This document shows, one piece after another, positions 8,638 to 17,637 of a stretch of DNA of 64,000 nt (positions are counted from its first letter, which is position 1; each line of letters starts with the position of its first letter). This DNA is from an uncultured virus (IMG/VR IMGVR_UViG_3300021958_000021). Its lineage: Duplodnaviria; Heunggongvirae; Uroviricota; Caudoviricetes. Where the stretch lies: IMG/VR virus record IMGVR_UViG_3300021958_000021, positions 1 to 64,000 of that record; one strand, 5' to 3'. The notes below the pieces were generated by a model. That model had not been told where the DNA came from and did no database searches. It saw only the letters and a program-made list of their open reading frames with translations. Made by a program: the position numbers and the translations under genes.

Positions 8638-8745
8638 TAGAACCTCATGGTTAGCAGATAAGGTTGTTAATGTGCAAAGCAATCATCAACCATATGGTAA
8701 TGCTTTGTAATACCCTAAACAAATATGATATTGTATATTAGAACC

Positions 8746-8988
8746 ATGTCAAGAGAGATTGTGAACCTGCTATGCCAAACCTTTCCTAAAATCCTTCAGC
8801 CTTTTATGGAGAAGCAATTTAACCAAGCCATTATCACCGATATGCACTATGTTGATGAACCTCACGCCATGATTGCTCTTATTATTTTTGAACAATCATG
8901 GGCGGGATTTGCTGAGGCTATGACCCATCAAGCGATGATGGATATGATGGACATAGCATTATCCAAGTTTCAAGAGGATATGGCTTAG
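8746..8988 (+). CDS. Hypothetical protein
   Basis: Fills the 8690-9021 unit; CTTCGG hairpin right after the stop. Confidence 0.65.
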   Translation: MSREIVNLLCQTFPKILQPFMEKQFNQAIITDMHYVDEPHAMIALIIFEQSWAGFAEAMTHQAMMDMMDIALSKFQEDMA

Positions 8989-9149
8989 GCCGCCCTTCGG
9001 GGTCAAAAAACAAAGCATGACCATATGGTTTGAAAACATCAAAGAGAGAAGAATCTTCTTATTTAGCCGTAGTCAATGCAACTGAAATAGGGATAATTTT
9101 CAGCCCCCGAAAATCCGTCAGTTTTGACAGGGTGTTCCCCAACTGTGGT

Positions 9150-9515
9150 TATATTAATTCGTATTCATATTCTAATATTCAATATTAGTATTATATTAAA
9201 CAAAAGTGGTTGTCTCATGGTCGGGAGGGTATGAGACGAGACAACACATGAAAGAATCATTAAGGTTGTGTAACATAAGTATAGATTTATTATATATTTC
9301 TCATTATCTCATCTATCTCATCTATCTATCTATCTTCTTCTTCTTCTCTTACATAACCCCTTATATTCTATGGGGTATGGAGAGAGAAAGATTCCCCTTT
9401 TGTGATGAGACGAGACGAGACAACCTTTTTTTGCGGGTTTCCGCAAAGTTCTAAGGGGTTGTGTTGCATAACCTCATTGTCTCAAGATGAGACAACAGGC
9501 GAGACAGTCTCATGT
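9150..9515. other. Candidate replication origin (AT-rich tract plus GAGAC/GTCTC iteron-like repeats)
   Basis: AT-rich 9150-9205; around ten GAGAC/GTCTC copies in both orientations plus TCTCA variants; lies at the strand switch. Confidence 0.45.
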
Positions 9516-9698
9516 GTCGTGCCGACAAAGTTATTTCAATGGGCAAACTATTGTTGTAAATAAAATCTATTTGTTTTAACAAAACGATTAACTAACCAAT
9601 TAGTTAAAATAACAAAAGTGAAAAATACTTGCCCTGCCAAACTCGCCTTAGCAAAAAGTTGGTAATTCCTCCAAGTGAAGTGCATTCGGAGGCATTTC

Positions 9699-9715
9699 TG
9701 GACTCCTTTATATAC
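9699..9715 (+). promoter_or_regulatory. Archaeal-type promoter GGACTCCTTTATATAC (copy 1)
   Basis: TTTATATA box; identical 16-mer at 18172. Confidence 0.65.
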
Positions 9716-9765
9716 CTCAAGACAACTGTTGAGAATACCCCGCAAAGGGGAAGGAGTTAGATAAT

Positions 9766-10239
9766 ATGGATAACACAGCATGGGATTCACTTGTCATTGA
9801 AGTGAACGAATACCTTGAAGCCGACCAGACGCTTGACGCAGGATTGCGCCAAGTTGTTGAATTGAACCTGCAAATCGGGACGAACAACCCTGATGAGCGA
9901 ACTGCCGCCGAAGGTGCTTTAAAAGCCCTTTTGCGAGGCCGTGACGGAACCCCGTTCCGCCGTGGACAAAAGAGCGCAGTTCCCGCATCTGTTCGTGTCG
10001 CTATTGACCGAATTTGTGGCGTTGTTGAAGAAGCCTCCGTTGCTTACTACAACCACGACACCATTATCGGTGCAATTACGATGAAGCACATCAAATCTGG
10101 CGGTGGAGCCTTTGATGACGCAGAAGATTACGCTTCTGCCGTTGTCAAGAGAACCCGAAACAATTTGAGCAAAATGTTCAAAGACGGTTCTTGGGATGGT
10201 TCGGTTGATTCCCTTTTGGGCGAATCGGACGAACTTTGA
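9766..10239 (+). CDS. Paralog family protein C (diverged)
   Basis: RRGQKS, HIKSGGGAF and KDGSWDG match paralogs A/B; GGAG RBS; hairpin cluster downstream at 10268-10365. Confidence 0.8.
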   Translation: MDNTAWDSLVIEVNEYLEADQTLDAGLRQVVELNLQIGTNNPDERTAAEGALKALLRGRDGTPFRRGQKSAVPASVRVAIDRICGVVEEASVAYYNHDTIIGAITMKHIKSGGGAFDDAEDYASAVVKRTRNNLSKMFKDGSWDGSVDSLLGESDEL

Positions 10240-10379
10240 AGTTTAAAACTTCAATCCAACACCATTACAGGTCATTGACCTGAACAACAGGGGATAAGGG
10301 GCCAAGGCCCTTTATCCACCTCTTTTCCAATGGGGGAGAGTCTCTTTTATTTGGGACTCTCCCTCGCCTTTGGGGTGAT

Positions 10380-10640
10380 TTGATGCGTTTAGTAGAAGAA
10401 GTGTATGTCAAAGCCAAAGAGGATTTAATCTGTCAATCTTGTGGAATTGATATTCCTAAAGACAGTAATCATCTTCTTGAGTCTTATGTGCATCACGGAG
10501 TTATTTCAACTAGTCATTATTGTTTAAACCCAAAGTGCAATCCTCCGAATAATGTTCGTTTAAAGTTATTTTGGGGAACCGTTGTTATAGGCGTTAGCCT
10601 GTGGCTTTCATACTTTTTTTATCAAAACGCAGGGTTTTAG
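10380..10640 (+). CDS. Small Zn-finger protein with C-terminal transmembrane helix
   Basis: CQSC...HYC...C; hydrophobic C-terminus. Confidence 0.6.
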   Translation: MMRLVEEVYVKAKEDLICQSCGIDIPKDSNHLLESYVHHGVISTSHYCLNPKCNPPNNVRLKLFWGTVVIGVSLWLSYFFYQNAGF

Positions 10641-10778
10641 GTCTATTCGCTTGAGCGACCCCCTGCGCCGAACCTTATACGCCCTCCGAGGGTGGGGTTG
10701 TCTTTCAACAGTCGCAAACGACCCAGTTTCACTTTTGTAAATTGAAATTGGTGTGGCTTTGATTGAACAATCACAAAT

Positions 10779-10862
10779 GCTGAGATGGCTGAGTTTGGTT
10801 AAAAGCGCAGGGCTTAAACTCCTGTCCTAAACGGTTCGCAGGTTCAAATCCTGCTCTCAGCA
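10779..10862 (+). tRNA. tRNA-Leu(TAA)
   Basis: Acceptor stem GCTGAGA/TCTCAGC, anticodon arm CAGGG-CTTAAAC-TCCTG, long variable arm, GGTTCAAATCC T-arm. Confidence 0.9.
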
Positions 10863-10975
10863 CTTCCAATTTCACATGGGGAAGGTTGAACAAAGGGGCT
10901 ACTTAGAAGTAAAATGCCGAGTAATCGGTATTGTTCCCTTCCCCACCTATTCACTAATTTTAATGAGGTAATAAA

Positions 10976-11164
10976 ATGAACAACGAAGAAAAAGACATGG
11001 TGTATTCATTGGTTGAACACACTAAGCAAGAAGCACGAAATGAGAAAAGAGAAGCACTTGTTATGATGCGTAAAGTGTATCATGACTGGATGGTTTCTCA
11101 AGAAATTGAAATCCCTGAACTTTTCAAGCAGGGAGATTTCATTGATTTTTTCGTGAACAACTGA
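10976..11164 (+). CDS. Hypothetical protein
   Basis: 62-aa ORF with GAGGT RBS. Confidence 0.6.
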   Translation: MNNEEKDMVYSLVEHTKQEARNEKREALVMMRKVYHDWMVSQEIEIPELFKQGDFIDFFVNN

Positions 11165-11174
11165 GGTAAAGAAA

Positions 11175-12602
11175 ATGAAACATACAGAAGAACAAACAGC
11201 AATCTTTAATTGCATAGAAAATACGGAGAACCACCTAATTATCAATGCAGGTGCAGGAACAGGGAAAACTACGACTATTGTTGAAGCAGCAAATCGTATT
11301 AATGGACAAAAAGCCGCTTTCTTGGCTTTCAACAAGTCTATTGCTACTGAATTGGCTGAACGACTTCCAACAGGTGTTGAAGCAAAAACTTTCCACGCTT
11401 TCGGCTTTGCTGCTATTCGTGCTGCTGGAGTTAGAACTCGCGTGAATAATTTCAAACTTAACAACATTATCAAGGAATTACTTGGTGCTGATTATCATAT
11501 CGCACCACTTAAGAAATTGGTTTCGCTTGTCAAGGGTAGTTTGGTTTCACCAACTGACAAAAACGCAATTCTTGGTTTGATTGATGAATACAATATCAAC
11601 TTTAATTCTGACCGTGAAGAGACAATTGCTATCAATGCTATTCCTTCTATTCTTACTCTTTGTAAGAGCCAAACTCATCACATTGATTTTGATGATATGA
11701 TTTGGATGCCCATTGTAAATGAATATCCTTTTCCAAAATACGATGTTTTGTTTGTGGACGAAGCGCAGGATTTCAACGAAGCACAACGAGAAATGATTTC
11801 TTTGTGCGTTAATGGTGGTCGTTGTATTATTGTCGGTGATAAAAACCAAGCAATTTACGGTTTTCGTGGTGCTGATTCAAACTCAATCGCCATGTTCCGA
11901 CAACGGCTTCTCAAGACCCAACGAGAAATTAGCGAATTTCCTCTTTCAATTACTTGGCGTTGTCCAAAGTCGGTTGTTAAGGAAGCCAATCGGTATGTTG
12001 TTGAGTTTAATGCACCCGATTTTGCCGAGGAAGGCGCAGTTATCGTAGATGCTCCCTTTAATCCACAACGAAACGATATGGTTCTTTGCCGATACAATGC
12101 TCCTTTGGTGTCTGCTTTCTATGATTTGATTTCACAGGGTAAATCTGCTTATGTGCTTGGTCGTGATATGACAAAGGGTTTAATTACTGCCGTTCAAAAG
12201 ATTACCAAGAACAACCAAATGGGCGTTGAAGAGTTTGTCCAATTGTTCCAAAAAGACTTTGCTTATAATTATCAACGACTACTTAACCAAAACAAAGAGA
12301 ATCAAGCGATGGCTCTTGAAGATAAGCGTGATTGTGTTATGATTTTCGTTAATAAAGCAACAACTGTTGGCGGAATTATTGAAGAAATTAAGCGTGTCTT
12401 TGACGGTAATGATGAAGGTGAAATTATGCTTTCAACCGTTCACAAGGCTAAGGGTCTTGAAGCAGACAATGTGTATATTCTCGCTACTGAACGAATGCCT
12501 CATCCTTTCGGAAACAAGGAAGAGAATAACATTTGTTATGTTGCGATTACACGGGCTAAAAAGAATTTATTCTATGTCGGCCCAAAACCGGGAATTGTTT
12601 GA
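11175..12602 (+). CDS. UvrD/Rep-family SF1 helicase
   Basis: AGAGTGKT, VDEAQD, VGDKNQAIYGFRGA, STVHKAKGLE, YVAITRAK. Confidence 0.95.
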   Translation: MKHTEEQTAIFNCIENTENHLIINAGAGTGKTTTIVEAANRINGQKAAFLAFNKSIATELAERLPTGVEAKTFHAFGFAAIRAAGVRTRVNNFKLNNIIKELLGADYHIAPLKKLVSLVKGSLVSPTDKNAILGLIDEYNINFNSDREETIAINAIPSILTLCKSQTHHIDFDDMIWMPIVNEYPFPKYDVLFVDEAQDFNEAQREMISLCVNGGRCIIVGDKNQAIYGFRGADSNSIAMFRQRLLKTQREISEFPLSITWRCPKSVVKEANRYVVEFNAPDFAEEGAVIVDAPFNPQRNDMVLCRYNAPLVSAFYDLISQGKSAYVLGRDMTKGLITAVQKITKNNQMGVEEFVQLFQKDFAYNYQRLLNQNKENQAMALEDKRDCVMIFVNKATTVGGIIEEIKRVFDGNDEGEIMLSTVHKAKGLEADNVYILATERMPHPFGNKEENNICYVAITRAKKNLFYVGPKPGIV

Positions 12603-12895
12603 TTCCAAACATGGCTGTAAGTGTGAGCCTATACTTGACACTCAACAAGGTGCGAAGCCAATACAAATGAGGTAATGAAAATGAAGAAAAAAGAATTTGA
12701 CAAATTAACCGAACTATGGAGTTATACTGACATTGTATCTTTCATTATGGAAGATAGCAAGTGGTGTCATATGATTATGCAATTTATTGATGAAGCATGG
12801 TTTAACGACAATGAAATTGAATTGGGCGAACTAAATGCCTTTGGAAAAGGTAAAGGCTACCCTGAACAAACTCAACTTAATTTGGAGGAATAAAT

Positions 12896-14200
12896 ATGGA
12901 ATCTATTATTGCTAAGAGAGAACTCGGTAATGGCCGATGGGACAAAGCATTGAAGCGTAATATGGTTGCTCTTTCTGTTGCAGATAATTATAATGATGCT
13001 AAAGAAGAATGGATTGCTACTGGTGAAGTTTGGTGGGCAGGAAATGAAGAAATTCCTGATTGGGTTTCTGATTCGCAAATGGGACAAGGTAAGTGTCTTT
13101 GCGGCCATATCGTTGTTTATCACTTTCAAATTGTGAACACCGAAAATGGTGTTGTTGAATGCGTTGGTAGCGACCATATCAATACCTATCTTATTATGCG
13201 AGCAATTGCAGAAGATGAAGGGATTTCAATTGATGCTATTACTGATGAGAAGATTCAAGAATGGATTGATGTGCGAACTAAATCAATGAAAGCAGAAGCA
13301 TGGTGGAAAGCCAACGGTGCTGGATTTGAAATGATGTTTGATTCTGTCAAGGAACTAGATTTGTTTGTAAATGTTCGTGAAGGCAATAAGACCTTCTATG
13401 ATTCTGAAACTCAATGGTATGAAACTGAAAAGTTTATTCGTAAGAGAGCAGAAGGCCAATTTGGTAGTCCTGAATATAAGATGGCTTCTATTGTTTGGCG
13501 GTGGAATCACCCCGATAACCCAAAGGCACAAATCAATACTACTGGCTATCCTAACGATAATCTAATGAAAGATTTGTCATTGTTGTATGTCACTCAAACT
13601 CAGTATTTATCTAACTTTAATCAGGCTAAAATTCGTAGAAAAGAAAGAATTGCTGAATTGGCTGAACAAAAGCGATTGCGTCTAGAACGCTTAGAACAAG
13701 AGCGTATTCAGCGTCAAGAACAAGAAGCCGAGCGTTTGCGTATTTACAATCTTCCCGAAAATGTTGAAAAGCGTCGTCTTCAAGCAATTGAACAAGAACG
13801 CATCCGAGCCGAACATCAAGAACGATTGCGTATTGAACGCATTGAGCGTGAAAAGCGGGAACAAGCACGAAGGATTCAAGAACAAATGCAACAAGAGGAA
13901 ACACTTGCCTCAAACAATGCTGAGTTTGAAAATATGTGTGGCTACTATGGTATTCCTGTCTTTGATGAAACAATGGCTGGTAATGATTGGGAGAGAGAAT
14001 TTCTCTCCAGTATTAAAAAACAATTGCTTGCTGGTAAAACCATGTCTGATAGACAACTCAACACACTAAGGAGACTCCTTGTTCAAGATAAGGCAACCGA
14101 AAAGCAGATTAACTATCTGCGTAGTCTCGGTTTTACGGGGGAAACCTCAACCCTCACTAAAATGCAAGCAAGTAAATTAATTGAGGAATATATTCAATAG
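12896..14200 (+). CDS. Hypothetical protein with metal-binding N-terminal domain and coiled coil
   Basis: CLCGH...HF...CVGSDH; E/R/Q-rich coil; C-terminal ATEKQINYL...ASKLI motif. Confidence 0.75.
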   Translation: MESIIAKRELGNGRWDKALKRNMVALSVADNYNDAKEEWIATGEVWWAGNEEIPDWVSDSQMGQGKCLCGHIVVYHFQIVNTENGVVECVGSDHINTYLIMRAIAEDEGISIDAITDEKIQEWIDVRTKSMKAEAWWKANGAGFEMMFDSVKELDLFVNVREGNKTFYDSETQWYETEKFIRKRAEGQFGSPEYKMASIVWRWNHPDNPKAQINTTGYPNDNLMKDLSLLYVTQTQYLSNFNQAKIRRKERIAELAEQKRLRLERLEQERIQRQEQEAERLRIYNLPENVEKRRLQAIEQERIRAEHQERLRIERIEREKREQARRIQEQMQQEETLASNNAEFENMCGYYGIPVFDETMAGNDWEREFLSSIKKQLLAGKTMSDRQLNTLRRLLVQDKATEKQINYLRSLGFTGETSTLTKMQASKLIEEYIQ

Positions 14201-14752
14201 GTGGAGGTTCGCAGTCTATCTCGTTGTCCACCTTTGAAACCGCAGGTTTAAAAGTAAAAATCATCTTCTGGGTTCGGCCTCATATTTGATGGTTTTCCTG
14301 CACCTTCTCACGGGGTTTTTCCAGTAAAAACGGCATTTCTTTACCTCATGGAATAGTAGATTTGTTCTCTATGAGCCGTTTTCCCCAACCTTTAGGGGTT
14401 GCTAATAATGAAATTAATGAAAGATATAATTCCTGCCCATTCACAGCGTTTTTACAAAAAAGAGTTTTTGTTGCGAAGTTCTTGGGCAGAAAAGAATAGA
14501 AAAAGAATATTTAAAGAACTAAGGAGTTTAGGAATGCCTCCGTATCAAGCATTCCAAATATCAATAAAAAGGATGTATGAAAATGAATGAAGAAATTAAG
14601 AAAAAAATGTGGGAATTGCTTGAGTATGCGACTTCTACTTTGAAGCACTATGATAAAGGAGATGAACATTGGAAAGTTACGCTTTCTTTGGCTCGCCATG
14701 AAGCGATAGAATTGCTAAAATTGACTGAATCTTTGAATGAGGAGGAATAATT

Positions 14753-14986
14753 ATGGAAGATAACTTTATTACTATTGAATGGGGAAATACTATTCATAAC
14801 GACAACACTATCCACAAGCGAACTATTTATCAGTTTGATACTATTAATGGTTTGCGAACTGCTTGGGAAAACCGAAATCGTTTGTCTGGTTGTGAATATG
14901 AAGCAAACACTAGAGAATTGACTATTACTGCCCGTGAATGGGTAAATGTTGATGAATACTTTGTTATGATGGAGGAAGAAGAATGA
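14753..14986 (+). CDS. Hypothetical protein
   Basis: 77-aa ORF with GGAGG RBS. Confidence 0.6.
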   Translation: MEDNFITIEWGNTIHNDNTIHKRTIYQFDTINGLRTAWENRNRLSGCEYEANTRELTITAREWVNVDEYFVMMEEEE

Positions 14987-15098
14987 GAAAGGTTTTTTGC
15001 TCTAATTGTTCGGTTCCTATTGGTAAATCACCACATAATTTTAACACCAAAGTCATATTTTGTTGGAGTTGCTCAGATTTGAAGGAGAATGGAATTAT

Positions 15099-15758
15099 AT
15101 GAATATCTTTGCACTATCACGAAACCCTGTTGAAGCGGCTCAACAAATGATTGATAAACACATTATCAAAATGCCGACTGAAACCTGTCAAATGTTGCAT
15201 ACTAACATTCTTTATATGCAATATGTCAAAGAACACGGTGAAGAACCTCAATTGAAAGACCTTAAGGCTTTTCACCTCGCCACCGAGTCCAATTTAATGA
15301 AGCCAGCCATGCTAAACCACCCCTCAACCATTTGGGCGAGGCAAACTTATGCTAATTGGAATTGGCTTTATGAGCATGGCTTGGCTCTTTGCGACGAATA
15401 CACTTATCGTTATGAGAAAAAACATGGAACTCTTCAAAGAATCCTTGATTGTATTCCTTACTTTGATGTGGTGTTTGAACACCCCTTTCAAAAGAAGAGA
15501 CTACAACCCGTAACAATTGCTATGGACGACCAGTATCGGATTCGTAATCCAATGGAAATTTCTAACTGGAATTTTGTAATTAAATCTTATCGCCACTATT
15601 ATCTTGAGGGCAAGTGGCGTATTGCTGAATGGCGTAAAAATCGCCGTCCTAATTGGTTTCCTGCAAACCATTACGCAAAGAAATATAATGTAGGTGTTCG
15701 TGCCTACAATGCCCGCAAACCACGATACCCTCAAAAACTAATGGAGGAAGAAGAATGA
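15099..15758 (+). CDS. Pyrimidine-dimer DNA glycosylase / endonuclease V-like protein
   Basis: MNIFAL...DKHIIKM..E..QML...NHPSTIWAR...WLY.H...LC.EY..RY.K.H pattern. Confidence 0.75.
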   Translation: MNIFALSRNPVEAAQQMIDKHIIKMPTETCQMLHTNILYMQYVKEHGEEPQLKDLKAFHLATESNLMKPAMLNHPSTIWARQTYANWNWLYEHGLALCDEYTYRYEKKHGTLQRILDCIPYFDVVFEHPFQKKRLQPVTIAMDDQYRIRNPMEISNWNFVIKSYRHYYLEGKWRIAEWRKNRRPNWFPANHYAKKYNVGVRAYNARKPRYPQKLMEEEE

Positions 15759-16030
15759 GTGAAAATATTAACTGGAAAGAATGCGCCCAAGACTATTACA
15801 ACAAAAACGGAAATGACCTTACTTGGGCTTTTGAGGTTGTTGATTCCTATATTCCCATCTATTATAATGATATTGCACAAGAAGCGATGCGCCTTAATTT
15901 GTATGGTGAAGAAATTGAAGAAACAATGTCTGGTTGGCCGATTTATAAAGTGCTTCAGATGTTGATTTTTAATGAATATTATGGCCTTTTCATTGAAGAA
16001 TATACTGAACTTTTGGAGGAAGAAGAATGA
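15755..16030 (+). CDS. Acidic hypothetical protein
   Basis: Strongly acidic 91-aa ORF (EVVDSYIPIYYNDI); acidic DNA-mimic-like composition, function unproven. Confidence 0.6.
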   Translation: MSENINWKECAQDYYNKNGNDLTWAFEVVDSYIPIYYNDIAQEAMRLNLYGEEIEETMSGWPIYKVLQMLIFNEYYGLFIEEYTELLEEEE

Positions 16031-16142
16031 AAATTAGAACACCACGACGATGTATTGCTTGTAATGTAGTAGTGAATAGAAAATACCCCTACTGCTTTAC
16101 TTGTTTAAATGAATTAGAAGATAAAAAAGGAGATGAATTGTA

Positions 16143-16394
16143 ATGTATAGTGAAGTAGAAAACAAAGTTATTCAATCCCTACAAAAAGAGTTTGGGATGA
16201 TTTATGAAGAAAACGAAGAACATATTGTTATGGAAAAGGTAAGGATTGCCCGCCACTTTTATGAAAAGGCAACCGATGATTTCCGAGTGAATCAATCTGC
16301 TCAAAACTATAATAATCTAATTATTGCTATGGTTTCTTTACAATACTGGAATCAGAAGAAAGTTCGTCTGTTCTCAATTAGGGAGGACTTTTGA
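16143..16394 (+). CDS. Hypothetical protein
   Basis: 83-aa ORF with GGAGA RBS. Confidence 0.6.
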   Translation: MYSEVENKVIQSLQKEFGMIYEENEEHIVMEKVRIARHFYEKATDDFRVNQSAQNYNNLIIAMVSLQYWNQKKVRLFSIREDF

Positions 16395-16497
16395 ATGTGT
16401 GGTGCGATTTCTACCCCATGTGAAACTGAAAACTGTGAGCGATTTACTAAAGAAATTTATTGCTCTAACTGTAAGGCAAACATGGCTCATTTAACAG

Positions 16498-16809
16498 GTG
16501 TTTAAGATGGAATGTAAAAAATGTCAAGGAACAGGATGGTATAAAGTTCCAAATGTCCGTCTTGAAATTATGGAGAATGTTGAGTGTCTAGATTGTTTAG
16601 CACATGAAAACTACAAAGACCATTTGAAAGGCGAATTATCCCGTCTCTTAATCAACACAAGCCAACAAAAACTTGCACAAATTGTAGCACAGTTAATTGT
16701 TAATTCAGTTGATAGGAATGAGAACGACGACATTCAACGGATTGAGGGCATCATCCATACTAAAGACACAATGAACGCTCTCACGCTTGCAGAAGCGTAT
16801 TCACAATAA
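16498..16809 (+). CDS. Zn-finger protein (CxxCxGxG)
   Basis: CKKCQGTGW...CLDC. Confidence 0.6.
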   Translation: MFKMECKKCQGTGWYKVPNVRLEIMENVECLDCLAHENYKDHLKGELSRLLINTSQQKLAQIVAQLIVNSVDRNENDDIQRIEGIIHTKDTMNALTLAEAYSQ

Positions 16810-16824
16810 GGAAATGGCTCACAT

Positions 16825-16900
16825 GGGCGTATGGTGTAATGGGATAGCATTTTGGCCTTCTAAGCCGAAGATTCGGGTTCAAATCCTGATACGCCCGCCA
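16825..16900 (+). tRNA. tRNA-Arg(TCT)
   Basis: GGGCGTA/TACGCCC acceptor stem, TTGGC-CTTCTAA-GCCGA anticodon arm, GGTTCAAATCC, encoded CCA. Confidence 0.92.
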
Positions 16901-17015
16901 TTTCCTGTTGTTAAACCAACTTTTAGACAGGCCCGCCGCAGTTTTGAGTTTTTTATATACTCTCGGCTGTCAGGCCTTTCAACCAAATCAAATTAAAAAT
17001 AAAGAGGTAATAAAA

Positions 17016-17390
17016 ATGTATAGTGAACAAGAAACGATGCAAACCGTGATTCTTAATATCCTTTTGAATCATGAAAGAGTTACAAATGAAGACTGTAAAA
17101 ATGCTTTGACTCATGCAAATCTTATTAAGCCAACAACCAATGCTATGAATAATACTATTCGTGCATTGTTAATTTCTTTGAATAGATTTTTCAAGGAACA
17201 TGATATTTTGTTGTATCGTGGTTTTTTAGATGTAAAAGATAATGTTAAGTATTACAAAGCAACAGAAGAAGCAGTTGAGTTTTGTAGCAAGCATCTATTA
17301 CAAGAAATGTATGATGAAGATGGACAATTAATTGGGTATTTCTTTCAACACCCAATTGCACTTAAAAAAGAGAGGATGGAATTAATATGA
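17016..17390 (+). CDS. Hypothetical protein
   Basis: Start at MYSEQ after a GAGGT RBS; the ORF-track N-terminal extension is unlikely. Confidence 0.6.
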   Translation: MYSEQETMQTVILNILLNHERVTNEDCKNALTHANLIKPTTNAMNNTIRALLISLNRFFKEHDILLYRGFLDVKDNVKYYKATEEAVEFCSKHLLQEMYDEDGQLIGYFFQHPIALKKERMELI

Positions 17391-17635
17391 ACGAAATAAA
17401 ACCAAAAGTAGAATTTAGAATAATTGATGCAGAAGATATGCCGCCTATTGTCATATCACAGAATGAAAATGATGAACCGAAGGTAGTGATTAATACTTAT
17501 CACCGACTTTGGTTAAGTCTTAACCGACGATTAATTGCAGGTATTGTTGATGCTTTGCCTGAAAAGTTTGATATGATTTTAACTGCATATCTTGAGCAAC
17601 AACGAGCATATGAAAAAATGGATAGGGAGGAATAA
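17387..17635 (+). CDS. Hypothetical protein
   Basis: 82-aa coupled ORF. Confidence 0.65.
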   Translation: MNEIKPKVEFRIIDAEDMPPIVISQNENDEPKVVINTYHRLWLSLNRRLIAGIVDALPEKFDMILTAYLEQQRAYEKMDREE

Positions 17636-17637
17636 AT

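Larger units (their letters stand above)
5102..9030. repeat. Array of ten palindromic CAAAG-n-(A)CCATATGG(T)-n-CTTTG sites delimiting gene cassettes
   Basis: CCATATGG cores at 5107, 5307, 5998, 6329, 6760, 6979, 7673, 8068, 8690 and 9021, most with CAAAG/CTTTG outer arms. Confidence 0.9.

Noticed and set aside
5102..9030. CRISPR (or TIGR-like guide) array interpretation of the CCATATGG repeats
   Set aside because: Intervals are 200-700 bp, irregular, and contain whole genes; repeats are degenerate outside the core; no cas operon or Nop-domain gene was recognised.
9206..9454. 82-aa ORF across the GAGAC repeats
   Set aside because: Low-complexity translation of repeats (YLIYLIYLSIFFFF) with no RBS.
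16787..16996. 69-aa ORF overlapping tRNA-Arg
   Set aside because: It spans a clear tRNA gene, which explains the sequence.
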